From Gemmatimonadota bacterium (GTDB lineage: Bacteria > Gemmatimonadota > Gemmatimonadetes > Palauibacterales > Palauibacteraceae): a DNA stretch of 36,575 nucleotides. The notes beneath the pieces were generated by a model. It was not told the DNA's origin. It made no database searches and saw only the letters and a program-made list of their open reading frames with translations. The stretch is taken from contig JBHIAV010000030.1 in assembly GCA_046758745.1 (NCBI GenBank), forward strand, positions 1 through 36,575. The letters are read 5' to 3'. The position numbers were made by a program, and so were the translations under genes. Each line of letters begins with the position of its first letter. Within the stretch, counting starts at the first letter, position 1. Positions 10,402-19,652 of this stretch are shown piece by piece.

Positions 10402-12390
10402 TCAGTCGAGCCCGATCAGCCTCACCAGCTTCAGGGCGTTGGTCGACGTGGCGACGCCGGGACGCAGGCGATAGTCGAAGGTCATGCGCGGGATCCCGTT
10501 CTCGTCCTCCTCGAAGGTCTCGGTGAAGTAGACGGGCCGGCACCTCTTCGCGAGGTCTTCCACGTCGGCGAGATCGAGATCATGCGTGGTGACGGCGCCG
10601 AAGGCTCGCTGCGCGAGCAGATGGCGCAGGACCTTGCGGGACGCCACCCGCCTCTCCGCCGTGTTGGTACCCTGCAGGATCTCGTCGAGCAGGTAGAGCG
10701 CGACCACGCCTCCGCGTCCCTCGATATAGCGGGCCGCCCGCACGATACCCTCCAGGCGATACAGCTCCGCCATGAATCGCGACAGACCAAGTGCCAGGGA
10801 GTCAGCCACTCGCATGCTCGTATGCAGCTCGACCGGCGGGAGCCGCATGCGGGAGGCACACACCGGACCACCGGCCTGCGCGAGGACCACGTTTACGCCG
10901 ATCGCTCGAAGCAACGTGCTCTTTCCCGACATGTTCGAGCCCGTGACCATGACGAAAGTACCGGGCGGTCCGAGGCGGACGTCGTTCGTCACCCGAACGG
11001 CGGGATCGAGGAGAGGGTGTCCGACATCGTCCGCCTCGAGGACCGGACTCTCGCCGTCCACGGCGAGGATCTCCGGGAAAGCCCAGCCCGGGTTGTCGTG
11101 ACGCAGGACGGCGAGCGCCGACAGCGCCTCCACCTCCCCGAGAGAGGTGAACCAGGCCCGCACGTGCCGCCCGGCCTCCCGCTGCCACCGCTCGAGGGCG
11201 CGGAGGACATGAATGTCCCACAGGCTGAGCGCCTGGATCGGCAGGTAGAGCTGGGAGAAGCGCAGGTCGGCCAGCTCCATGAGACGCTCGAGCCGTTGCA
11301 TGTGTCGGTGCGCGGCCGCACGTCCCACGGCGAGATCGGATTGGAGGCGACGCAGGCGGGGGGCGGCGAGCTCCGCCTCCGACACCAGCAGAAAGAGTCC
11401 GGAGTAGTGTCGGAACACGCCGGAGCGTGGGAATGCGCGCTCGTACGTCCGCCTGACCCTCCTGCCGACCAGCGCGGTGATGGCGATCCCCAGACCCAGG
11501 CCCACCGCCCACGGGTGGAAGGTCAGCACTCCCACGGCGTTCAGCGCCATGGACGACAGGGTCGCCACCGGGAGCACGCGGGCCACCCACACCAGGGCCG
11601 GCTGTCGCTCGAGCCACGATCCGGACTCCTCGGCCCAGGCCAGAAAGCGATCGAGCTCTTCCCAGCTCACGGCCGCGCTCTGCCGCCCGCGCACGGCTAG
11701 CTCGTCGCGCAGGTCGATGCGCCCGGTCAGCTCCTCCACCGCTCCCTGACGCGCCCGGATCTCCTCCGGCGGCGCGGCGGAGAGCAACCAGCGGCGCAGC
11801 GTGCGGCGGCCCGCCGGAGTACCCGGAAGGCCGAGGAGCTGGCTGAGGGAGGCGCTTCCGAGCAGGTCCAGATCGGCCGCGTACGGGTGGTCGACGCCTT
11901 CCTCCACCGGCTGCAGCGCCGGCAATCCGTCCCACTGGCGGGCGGCCCGTCTCCTTCCTTCGTCGTTCAGCAGCCACAGCTCGTGCAACCACGCGATGCG
12001 GCGCTTCACCCGGCGGTGGCGCCGCACGAGGACGAGAAAGACGCCGCCGAACAGGCTGGCGAGGGAGAGCGCGAGGACCGCCGTGGCGGGCCGGGCCTCC
12101 GCCCACACGAGCGCGCTCACCAGAACGAGGAAGGCTCCGATCCGGAAGGTGCCGAGCCGCACGGACCGAGATTGGAGATGGTCTCTGTCCGCACCGAACC
12201 GCGCGCAGCGCGCTTCGTACACCGCCCCCGCCGTGTCGGGCGGCCGGCCATCGTTCACCGACGGCTTCACGGCGGCGGCATGGCGCGCCCCGTCCTCCTC
12301 GGTGACCTCGGCGTCGGGCCCTTGACCGCGGGTGGCCGCCTTCTCCCCGGGCCGCCCGCCCGGGTCCGGGCGATCGGGATCCGCCTTCAT
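10402..12390 (-). CDS. MutS-related ATPase (MutS domain V with N-terminal transmembrane helices)
   Basis: TGSNMSGKST Walker A, SRFMAEL, LLDEILQGTN, TTHD and FDYRLRPG; no MutS1 mismatch domain. Start inferred at ATG 12390. Confidence 0.88.
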   Translation of the reverse strand: MKADPDRPDPGGRPGEKAATRGQGPDAEVTEEDGARHAAAVKPSVNDGRPPDTAGAVYEARCARFGADRDHLQSRSVRLGTFRIGAFLVLVSALVWAEARPATAVLALSLASLFGGVFLVLVRRHRRVKRRIAWLHELWLLNDEGRRRAARQWDGLPALQPVEEGVDHPYAADLDLLGSASLSQLLGLPGTPAGRRTLRRWLLSAAPPEEIRARQGAVEELTGRIDLRDELAVRGRQSAAVSWEELDRFLAWAEESGSWLERQPALVWVARVLPVATLSSMALNAVGVLTFHPWAVGLGLGIAITALVGRRVRRTYERAFPRSGVFRHYSGLFLLVSEAELAAPRLRRLQSDLAVGRAAAHRHMQRLERLMELADLRFSQLYLPIQALSLWDIHVLRALERWQREAGRHVRAWFTSLGEVEALSALAVLRHDNPGWAFPEILAVDGESPVLEADDVGHPLLDPAVRVTNDVRLGPPGTFVMVTGSNMSGKSTLLRAIGVNVVLAQAGGPVCASRMRLPPVELHTSMRVADSLALGLSRFMAELYRLEGIVRAARYIEGRGGVVALYLLDEILQGTNTAERRVASRKVLRHLLAQRAFGAVTTHDLDLADVEDLAKRCRPVYFTETFEEDENGIPRMTFDYRLRPGVATSTNALKLVRLIGLD

Positions 12391-12451
12391 CGCACCGGCC
12401 GCCACGGCCTCGAGGGGCGGACGCCGCCGGCGCCGCACCCTCTTGAAGCCC

Positions 12452-12630
12452 TCACTTGCCGGTGACGGCGGGAGAGCCGGTCGAGTGTCCCGGACCGACC
12501 GTCGCACTCCGGGTCACGTAGGTCCCGGCGTTGTTCACCGCGATGGCGGCCTCGCCGAAGGCGGTAGAGACGAGCTCCAGCTTCCTTCGTAGGTGACGAT
12601 GTCCCCCGCAGCCAAGACGCCCGATAGGTT
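12452..12630 (-). pseudogene. C-terminal remnant of ferredoxin/thioredoxin-NADP reductase (YumC/TrxB-like)
   Basis: Reads NLSGVLAAGDIVTYEG, then a 1-nt frameshift near 12584, then KLELVSTAFGEAAIAVNNA...PGHST. This matches the YumC-type C-terminus; no N-terminal part is present. Confidence 0.75.
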
Positions 12631-12666
12631 CCGGAGCGTGCGGAGCGGAACGGCGGCCGCGGACCA

Positions 12667-13218
12667 TCACACCGGCTGCCGCTCCTCCGCCTCCCGGGTT
12701 CCCGCCATGCCGTAGTCGATGATGGCGTACACGGAGGCGCACCCCACCAGAAGGATCAACAGGGGCACGGCTTCGGGCCGGACGATGAGCGCAAACAGGG
12801 TCAATACCTGTAGCGCCGTCGTCACCTTGCCGCCGAGCCGCGAGCGGAGCGGGACCAGATTCCCCGTCAACCGGCCCACCAGGTATACGCCGCTCGTGAA
12901 GATATCCCGCAGGATGAGGATCAGAAAGCCGGCCCAATCCAGGTACGGGCCGGGGATGAAGGAGGTCACGCCGAGTAGAACGAACAGCTTGTCGCAGAAC
13001 GGGTCGATGAGGATGCCGATCTCCGACATGGTTCCGGTGATCCGGGCGATCCAGCCGTCGAGGAGGTCGGTCACCGCGCCGAGGACCACGATGAGAACGA
13101 GCCAATCGCGGTCGCTGACCGCGAGGAACGACACTCCCAGCGGGATGCGTGTCAGGGAGATGATGTTGGCGACGGTGAGGAAGCCCGGGTCGTGTCGCGG
13201 CCCGCCCCTGTTCGTCAC
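12667..13218 (-). CDS. CDP-alcohol phosphatidyltransferase (PgsA-like)
   Basis: ANIISLTR and TDLLDGWIAR...G..IDPFCDK motif; several TM segments; GGAGGG RBS. Confidence 0.9.
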   Translation of the reverse strand: MTNRGGPRHDPGFLTVANIISLTRIPLGVSFLAVSDRDWLVLIVVLGAVTDLLDGWIARITGTMSEIGILIDPFCDKLFVLLGVTSFIPGPYLDWAGFLILILRDIFTSGVYLVGRLTGNLVPLRSRLGGKVTTALQVLTLFALIVRPEAVPLLILLVGCASVYAIIDYGMAGTREAEERQPV

Positions 13219-13315
13219 CTTCTCCCTCCGGATGGTATCCGTCGTTCCGCGTGCGCTTCGCGGTGTGCCCCGCCGAAGGGGTAGCCGCTCCGCCTCGTCG
13301 GCTCCCCGGATCCAA

Positions 13316-14308
13316 TCACAGATAATCGGCGAGCGCGTCTCGGAAGGGAAGCGGCATGACCTGGAACACGGAGCGAAGCGGGTTGTCGGACGTGCTCAGG
13401 ACGCTTCCCGAGCGAAGCATGTCGAGCTGAGCCGGTGTTATCGGCGCCGGGAGGCCGAGTCGGGACGACAGCCACAGCGCGGGTGTGGCCAGCCGTGGGG
13501 GAAGCGGCAGGATCGCCCGGCGCAGCCTGAGCACCCGAGCCACCATACGCACGATCTTTTTGAAACTCAATCGCTCGGGACCGGCCAGCTCGAACACGCG
13601 GTCCGCCACGTCGGGCCGCTCCACCGCCTGGCAGAGAGCGTCCGTGAGGTCCTCGATCGCGACGGGCTGGAGCTTGAAGGAGCCATCGCCCAGCATGGGG
13701 AAGACAGGGAGGGCGTGGAGGAGACGTGCGACCGCGCTCGTGAAGTGATCGCCCGGACCGTACACCACCGAGGGACGGAGAATCACGTACTCGGGACGCG
13801 CCCGTCGCACTTCCAGCTCGGCCTCGTACTTCGTACGAAAATAGGCGCTGCCGGTCGGCTTCGCCCCCAGGGCGCTGACGAAGATGAACCGCGCGACGCG
13901 GGCCTCCGTCGCCTCCGCGAGCAGGTTCCGCGTCCCCCCCACGTGCACCCGGTCGAACGTCTGACGCCCGTGCTCGGAGAGGATGCCGACCAGGTGCACG
14001 ATCGCATCACATCCATCGGCGATCCCCCGCAGCGTCGGCGGGATTGTCAGGTCGGCCCGTCGCCACTCCACGTCGGCGATCTCGGCGGGCGGGGCGGGCT
14101 TGCGGGACACCGCACGGACCCGGTGCCCCCTCGAGACGAGGCGGGGCAGCAGGTGACGGCCGATGAACCCTCTCGCCCCGGTCACCAGCACCGACCGCGG
14201 GCGGGCCGGGGTCACGCTGTACGGGTAAGGCTCTTCCGCTGTCGCGAGGCCGAAGGAGAGCTCGTCGCCCGAGTCGTCCGGATACGTCGGCGAGTTGCCC
14301 GGCGACAT
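13316..14308 (-). CDS. NAD(P)-binding SDR, complex I NDUFA9-like
   Basis: VTGARGFIG, HLVGI, VSALGA, YFRTK, LRPSVVYGPGD, QPVAIEDL; AGGAG RBS before ATG 14308. Confidence 0.88.
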   Translation of the reverse strand: MSPGNSPTYPDDSGDELSFGLATAEEPYPYSVTPARPRSVLVTGARGFIGRHLLPRLVSRGHRVRAVSRKPAPPAEIADVEWRRADLTIPPTLRGIADGCDAIVHLVGILSEHGRQTFDRVHVGGTRNLLAEATEARVARFIFVSALGAKPTGSAYFRTKYEAELEVRRARPEYVILRPSVVYGPGDHFTSAVARLLHALPVFPMLGDGSFKLQPVAIEDLTDALCQAVERPDVADRVFELAGPERLSFKKIVRMVARVLRLRRAILPLPPRLATPALWLSSRLGLPAPITPAQLDMLRSGSVLSTSDNPLRSVFQVMPLPFRDALADYL

Positions 14309-14406
14309 GGCCGCTCCTGTTTGCCAGGGAATCCGGAGTGAGAATGTGCCCTCCCCGACTGGAGGGCGCAACGCAGTCCGGACGGCGACCAGGGCCGGAC
14401 CTCGGG

Positions 14407-14508
14407 CTCACAACCCGCGCGCGGCGCGCGGTCAGCAGGTGGAGCATCCACTCTGCCCAGCTAAGGCGCGTACTCACAACCCGCGCGCGGCGCGCGGTCA
14501 GCAGGAGG
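14407..14508. repeat. Two 36-bp palindromic direct repeats separated by a 30-bp unique spacer (orphan mini-CRISPR-like unit)
   Basis: CTCACAACCCGCGCGCGGCGCGCGGTCAGCAGG(T/A)GG at 14407-14442 and 14473-14508; internal stem CCGCGCG/CGCGCGG; spacer 14443-14472; no cas genes in the window. Confidence 0.75.
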
Positions 14509-14523
14509 CCGCCGCGACCTCCT

Positions 14524-14907
14524 TCACACGAGCTCTTCCGAGGCGCCCTGCTCCTCTCCGTCCCAACCGTTTCCGGCCGGGCGTCCATCCAGAAACACGA
14601 AGTCCTGCACGACGACGTCGGTGGTCGGGATCGTGACCCCGTCTCGGTTGAAGGAGCCGTACTCGATGCGCCCTTCCACGTACAGACGACTCCCTTTGCG
14701 AAGGTATTTCTCGACCGTCTCCGCCGCTCCTCCCCAGAAGGTCAGCCGATGCCAGTCCGTCTTGCGCTGGAGCTGGCCGTTCAGCGTGAACACGCGGTTC
14801 GTTGCCAGGGACACGTGCGCGACCGTGGCGCCGTTCCCAGTCTGTCGCACATCGGGGTCCGAGCCGGCGTTCCCCACCAGGATGACGCGATTCACCGAGC
14901 GACTCAT
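14524..14907 (-). CDS. ssb: Single-stranded DNA-binding protein
   Basis: SVNRVILVGNAGSDP, SLATN, TDWHR and YLRKGSRLYVEGRI OB-fold motifs; GGGAGGG RBS; 127 aa. Confidence 0.93.
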   Translation of the reverse strand: MSRSVNRVILVGNAGSDPDVRQTGNGATVAHVSLATNRVFTLNGQLQRKTDWHRLTFWGGAAETVEKYLRKGSRLYVEGRIEYGSFNRDGVTIPTTDVVVQDFVFLDGRPAGNGWDGEEQGASEELV

Positions 14908-15177
14908 TCCGGTTCCCTCCCTGATCGAATGCCCGGCGGCTGCCGGTCGTGGCGGCCGCACCCGCCCGCCAGGATGCTCCCGCAGGGAGGAAGGGAGGAG
15001 AGTGCCTGTGACAGTTCGTCGGTCGTCCGTCGGGCCGCGTGCGCTCGGAACCACCTGGAGGGTGTGGGGGAGGCGGGTCGCCGCCCCGGCTCCGGGATCT
15101 CCTGCCGCGCGTAGTCACCCCGCGAAAGCCGTCGATCGCAATCGAGTCGAAAAGCGCCGCCCGGGCATGGTGCGGCG

Positions 15178-15990
15178 TCAGCCCCACATTCGAACCCGCG
15201 GTACGGCGGCCACCTCGTCCAGATCGGCGGCCAGCTCGTAGAAGCGGGTTAAACCCCGCAAGGCCGGCGGGTCCAGGGTGTAGCGGATGCCCCGCCAGTA
15301 GGCGGCGAGTCGCGACGCGGCGATGCCGAAGCGACCCGCCGCACGTCGGGCCAGCGCGTCGGCCGATCGCGACAGCCCATCGCGCGCCGCCAGCATCCGC
15401 CGGTGCAGCTCGGGAAGGTGCGGTTCGCTTCGCGCTTCGTCACGAAGCTGCCAGAGGGCGAAGACGAACGGGAGGCCGGTCCAGTGGAACCACTCGGAGC
15501 CGAGGTCCGTTCGCCGCTCCCCCTCGCCGGGCAGCCGACGAAGGGCGATGTCGCCGATAAAGAGCGCCGCGGCCACATCGGAGTCCATGAGCGGGTCCTC
15601 CGCCTCCTGGTCGAAGTCCTCCCACCGGGGAGCGATGCCGTGGCGGAGCTCGAGAAGGATCCGCAGGAGCACGCGCGCCGTGGCCGATGCCGTCGGGAGG
15701 GCGACCCTCGAGCCCGCGAGCCCCTCCAGCGGGGCGCGCGACACCACCGCGATGCTCTCCACCGCCTCGTCGCTCGCGATGCACAGCCCGCGCAGTGCCC
15801 GGTACTCGCCCGGATGGCGGGCCAGCTCGATGCTCGAGCACGGAGCCACATCCAGCTCCGCCCGCGCCAACAGCTCGTTGAGGAAAGCCGGCGACCCCTC
15901 CACGAGCTGCAGCCACTCGGCCCGTCCGCCGAGGAAGGGCTCGTGAATCGGATAGCAGTTGCTGTAGCGGATATGTCCCAGCCGGATCAC
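15178..15990 (-). CDS. mqnA: Chorismate dehydratase, futalosine menaquinone pathway
   Basis: RLGHIRYSNCYP, SATARVLL, ALFIGDIAL, DLGSEWFHWTGLPFVFALW; start GTG 15990. Confidence 0.85.
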   Translation of the reverse strand: MIRLGHIRYSNCYPIHEPFLGGRAEWLQLVEGSPAFLNELLARAELDVAPCSSIELARHPGEYRALRGLCIASDEAVESIAVVSRAPLEGLAGSRVALPTASATARVLLRILLELRHGIAPRWEDFDQEAEDPLMDSDVAAALFIGDIALRRLPGEGERRTDLGSEWFHWTGLPFVFALWQLRDEARSEPHLPELHRRMLAARDGLSRSADALARRAAGRFGIAASRLAAYWRGIRYTLDPPALRGLTRFYELAADLDEVAAVPRVRMWG

Positions 15991-16056
15991 GCCCCACAAG
16001 GCTCCCGCTCGGGCGGGCTGACGACGGGCGCCGCCTCCCTTAGCTTCCATGCCGGA

Positions 16057-17022
16057 ATGGCCAAACGAGACGCGTTCGGTGTCGGCTGGGGAGAGGTGCG
16101 ACGTGGAGCCCTGTACCTCGCGGTGCTGGCGGCCGCCGCGACCACCGTGTTCTTCGTGGACGCGGTGCGGCGCCGCTTCCTCGAGGGACCTTCCCTGATC
16201 GTGACTACGGGGGAAGCCCGTCGTCTGACTCGGGGGGCGCAGGTTTGGATCGCTGGCGTGCCCGCCGGTCGCGTCCTGTCCATCCGCTTCGACGAGCCCT
16301 CGGCAGTGGATGACCAACGCGTGGTCGTGCGCGCCGTGCTGCATCGCGGGCCTGCTTCTTTCATGCGCCGCGACGCGACGGTTCGTATCGTCCCTTCGGC
16401 CCTTTTGGCCCCGGTCATCCTCGCGATCGACCCGGGATCAGCTGACGCGGCCCCGTTTCGCTTCGGCGACACGCTGCGCGTCGGTGGGGTGCTCACCCCG
16501 GACAGTTTCGTCGCCCGCGGTGCGGTCGCCCGGGCCGAGCTGGATACGCTCAGGACCATGAGAGAGCGGCTGGCGGCCCGGCTGGACGCCGGGCCCGGAA
16601 GCGCGGCGGCGCTGCTTCGCGACCGATCCCTGATCGACAATCTCTCCTCCTCGCTCCATCGGCTGGCCGCGCTGGCCGGTCCCTCTACGACGACCGGCTC
16701 ATTGCGGCGGATTCTGGACGACGATTCGTTGCGGGCGGAAGCACGCCGCGCTGCCTCCCGCCTCGGCGGTTTTCTGGCGGAGCGGCGCGCACGCACCGGC
16801 CACGCCGAGCCGCTCACGCAGCTCCTCGAGGCGCTGGAGCAGCTCGACTCTCGCCTCGAGCGAAGCCGAGACGATCTGGCTGCCGGGCGAGGCACGGCCG
16901 GTCGCGCCGTGAACGACGACGAGATCCGGATCCAGCTCGAGCACCTCCGGGCGGCCATCGACAGCGCGAAAGCCGAGCTCATCGCCGAGCCGTTGCGCTG
17001 GCTGCGGGTGCGGCCGTTTTGA
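16057..17022 (+). CDS. MlaD/MCE domain protein with helical C-terminus
   Basis: N-terminal TM helix, LTRGAQVWIAGVPAGRV MCE motif, GTAGRAVNDD, and a P.RWLRVRPF ending. Confidence 0.75.
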   Translation: MAKRDAFGVGWGEVRRGALYLAVLAAAATTVFFVDAVRRRFLEGPSLIVTTGEARRLTRGAQVWIAGVPAGRVLSIRFDEPSAVDDQRVVVRAVLHRGPASFMRRDATVRIVPSALLAPVILAIDPGSADAAPFRFGDTLRVGGVLTPDSFVARGAVARAELDTLRTMRERLAARLDAGPGSAAALLRDRSLIDNLSSSLHRLAALAGPSTTTGSLRRILDDDSLRAEARRAASRLGGFLAERRARTGHAEPLTQLLEALEQLDSRLERSRDDLAAGRGTAGRAVNDDEIRIQLEHLRAAIDSAKAELIAEPLRWLRVRPF

Positions 17023-17052
17023 CGGCCGGCGGGGGCCGGGAAAGGCGGACCG

Positions 17053-17406
17053 CTAGCGGGGAGGCGGGAGCTTCGCTTCCAGCGCGAACTTCACTACCTC
17101 GGCGCGTCTCCCGCGCCTGCGTCGGGTGACCACGACGATGGACTCGATGAGATCACCCGGATCCTCCACCGCGATCTGGAAGTCAGCCGATCCGTCGAGC
17201 GCGGAGACGCGGGTCCTCACCATTCTTCCGGGCGGAGCCTCGGCACGGCGGGCGGGGTTCCGGAAGAGCGTCTGACTGGAACGCCGACGGTTGCCGGGCA
17301 GCTCGCGAGAGATCTTCACGCGGCTCAACCAGTCGGGCTGGTAGCTGATCAGCCAGAGCTGGCCCTGCTGATCGACGCCGCGAGCCTCTCTGTTGTGTCG
17401 CGCCAT
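17053..17406 (-). CDS. Hypothetical basic protein (117 aa)
   Basis: Strong AAGGAGG RBS; fills the gap divergent from rho; no recognised motif. Confidence 0.6.
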   Translation of the reverse strand: MARHNREARGVDQQGQLWLISYQPDWLSRVKISRELPGNRRRSSQTLFRNPARRAEAPPGRMVRTRVSALDGSADFQIAVEDPGDLIESIVVVTRRRRGRRAEVVKFALEAKLPPPR

Positions 17407-17513
17407 GCCCGGCCTCCTTCGCTTCCGTGTTCTCCCGACTCGGAACTCCTGGCCCCGGGCAACGTATAGCGATGCGTCTCCTGCGAGAAGACCGTCCGTG
17501 CCTTCGCGCCCGC

Positions 17514-17542
17514 TTGACCCGGCTACAGTGAACGTTTATCGT
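17514..17542 (+). promoter_or_regulatory. Putative sigma70 promoter of rho
   Basis: TTGACC (17514-17519), 17-bp spacer, TATCGT (17537-17542). Confidence 0.55.
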
Positions 17543-17698
17543 TATCGGGCCACCGGATTCCTCGCCCTGACTCGAATAGTCGTTCGAACCCCAAGGCAAC
17601 ACGGCGATCCGATCCATCGAAATCTTCCGTAACGCCCCCGGGCTCCCGTGGCTCGGGTGGCCGTGGTGAACCAAGCTCTCAATATCGGAGGGTCCTTC

Positions 17699-18952
17699 GT
17701 GGACATTGCGGAACTGAAATCCAAGTCGATCGGCGAACTGCACGAGATGGCGGAAGACCTGAGCATTCACAACTACTCCGGGCTCCGGAAGCAGGATCTG
17801 ATCTTCCGCATCGAACAAAATCTCCTTGACTCCGAAGTCGTTCTGCGGGGAGAAGGTGTGCTGGAGATCCTCCCGGAAGGATATGGCTTCCTGCGAAGCC
17901 AGGACTGGAACTATCTGTACGGTCCCGACGACATCTACGTCTCTCCGTCGCAGATCAAGCGCTTCGATCTTCGCACCGGGGACACGGTTCTCGGGCAGGT
18001 GCGCCCCCCGAAGGAGGGCGAGCGCTACCTCGCCCTCCTCAAGGTCGAGTCGGTCAACGGCGAGGATCCCGAGAAGGCGAGACACCGGATCGGCTTCGAC
18101 AACCTGCGCCCGCGCTATCCGGAGGAGCGGCTCAACCTCGAGACCGCCGCCGGTGACATCTCGATGCGCGTCCTCAATCTCATCGCCCCGGTCGGGAAGG
18201 GGCAGCGCATGTTGATCACCTCGCCGCCGAAGGCGGGCAAGACGATCCTTCTTCAGAAGGTGGCCAACGCGATCCTCGAGAACCATCCCGACGTGAAGCT
18301 CATCGTGCTGCTCATCGACGAGCGGCCCGAAGAGGTGACGGACATGGAGGAGCACGTGGACGCCGAGATCATCGCCTCCACGTTCGACGAGCCGGCGGAC
18401 CGGCACACGCAGGTGGCGGAGATGGTGCTCGACAAGGCCAAACGGCTGGTCGAGTACAGGCAGGACGTCGTCATCCTTCTCGACTCGATCACGCGGCTGG
18501 CGCGGGCCTACAACACCACCGTGCCACACTCCGGAAAGATTCTCTCCGGAGGGGTGGACGCGAACGCCCTGCACAAGCCGAAGCGCTTCTTCGGCGCGGC
18601 GCGCAACATCGAGGAAGGAGGAAGCCTCACGATCGTCGCCACGGCCCTGGTGGAGACCGGAAGCCGAATGGACGAGGTGATCTTCGAGGAGTTCAAGGGC
18701 ACCGGGAACAGCGAGGTCGTGCTCGACCGGCAGATCTCCGACAAGCGCATCTACCCGGCGATCGACCTCAATCGATCCGGGACCCGCAGGGAGGAGCTTC
18801 TGCTCGACGAGACGGAGCTCAACCGCATGTACCTCCTCCGGAACTTCCTCGCCGACATGCCGCCGGCTGAGGCGATCCAGTTTCTCATCGAGCGCCTGAA
18901 GCGCACGAAGTCGAACGAGGAGTTCCTCGACTCGATGAAGGGCGGCGACTAG
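17699..18952 (+). CDS. rho: Transcription termination factor Rho
   Basis: [59 protein letters not shown] start after GGAGGG. Confidence 0.98.
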   Translation: MDIAELKSKSIGELHEMAEDLSIHNYSGLRKQDLIFRIEQNLLDSEVVLRGEGVLEILPEGYGFLRSQDWNYLYGPDDIYVSPSQIKRFDLRTGDTVLGQVRPPKEGERYLALLKVESVNGEDPEKARHRIGFDNLRPRYPEERLNLETAAGDISMRVLNLIAPVGKGQRMLITSPPKAGKTILLQKVANAILENHPDVKLIVLLIDERPEEVTDMEEHVDAEIIASTFDEPADRHTQVAEMVLDKAKRLVEYRQDVVILLDSITRLARAYNTTVPHSGKILSGGVDANALHKPKRFFGAARNIEEGGSLTIVATALVETGSRMDEVIFEEFKGTGNSEVVLDRQISDKRIYPAIDLNRSGTRREELLLDETELNRMYLLRNFLADMPPAEAIQFLIERLKRTKSNEEFLDSMKGGD

Positions 18953-18977
18953 CGAGCAAGGGGAGCTCGTCACGCCG

Positions 18978-19415
18978 ATGGCAGACCCCGGGGCCGAGGG
19001 CCTGACCGACCGGGCCATCCTGGCGTACGAGGCGTCGCTCGAGAAGCACGCCATGGCCGATCTTCGGCCCCCGCTCCGCCACCTTCTGGTTCGCCTGAAG
19101 AAGCGGGATCCGGCGGCGTATGAGGAGGCCGTCCGCCGCTACGAGGAGGAGCTGGTGCGGGCCGTCGCGCGGGAGGCCTCGGAACCGCTCACCGCGTGGA
19201 TCTCCTTCGGGATGTGGCTCGCCGAGCGACTCGAGCCGGGCCGTGCGGTGATGATCGACGCGTCGGGCCGCGCCTACCCGGTCCCGGCACCTCCGCGGCC
19301 CGGCCACCTCGTGCTGCACCTCCCGACCGGCCGAGGCTCCGCCGCCCTTCTGCTCGCGGCGCCGCGCAGCATGAGCGAGTTCCAGCGCGCAACAGCCGAG
19401 CTCCTGGTGCGGTGA
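18978..19415 (+). CDS. Hypothetical protein (145 aa)
   Basis: GGGAG RBS, host-like codon usage, directly after rho. Confidence 0.65.
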   Translation: MADPGAEGLTDRAILAYEASLEKHAMADLRPPLRHLLVRLKKRDPAAYEEAVRRYEEELVRAVAREASEPLTAWISFGMWLAERLEPGRAVMIDASGRAYPVPAPPRPGHLVLHLPTGRGSAALLLAAPRSMSEFQRATAELLVR

Positions 19416-19652
19416 GCCGGCCGGACGCACGAGCGTCCGGCGCCTCGCCTCCGTCCCCTTCCCTCCTCCGAGCTTTCCTCGCCGCACGGCGGCGAGCTGA
19501 GACTCGGCGGCCCGTCCTTCTCAAATCTCGGCCGGCCTTGTGCCCGCCGGGGCGTCCTGCAAGAATACCGAAGGTGAACCGAAGAAGCGGTGCGCCGCGA
19601 GCGGAGGCCGTGAAGCGGCGCCTCTTACCACCGGGAGGGCGAAGCGACCGCG

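Noticed and set aside
14407-14508. A bona fide CRISPR array
   Set aside because: Only two repeats, no cas genes and no AT-rich leader; kept as a repeat and a hypothesis.
17183-19054. Long antisense and alternative-frame ORFs (also 7761-9542, 12719-14341, 19521-20789, 32820-34319)
   Set aside because: Shadow ORFs expected at high GC opposite or overlapping well-supported genes.
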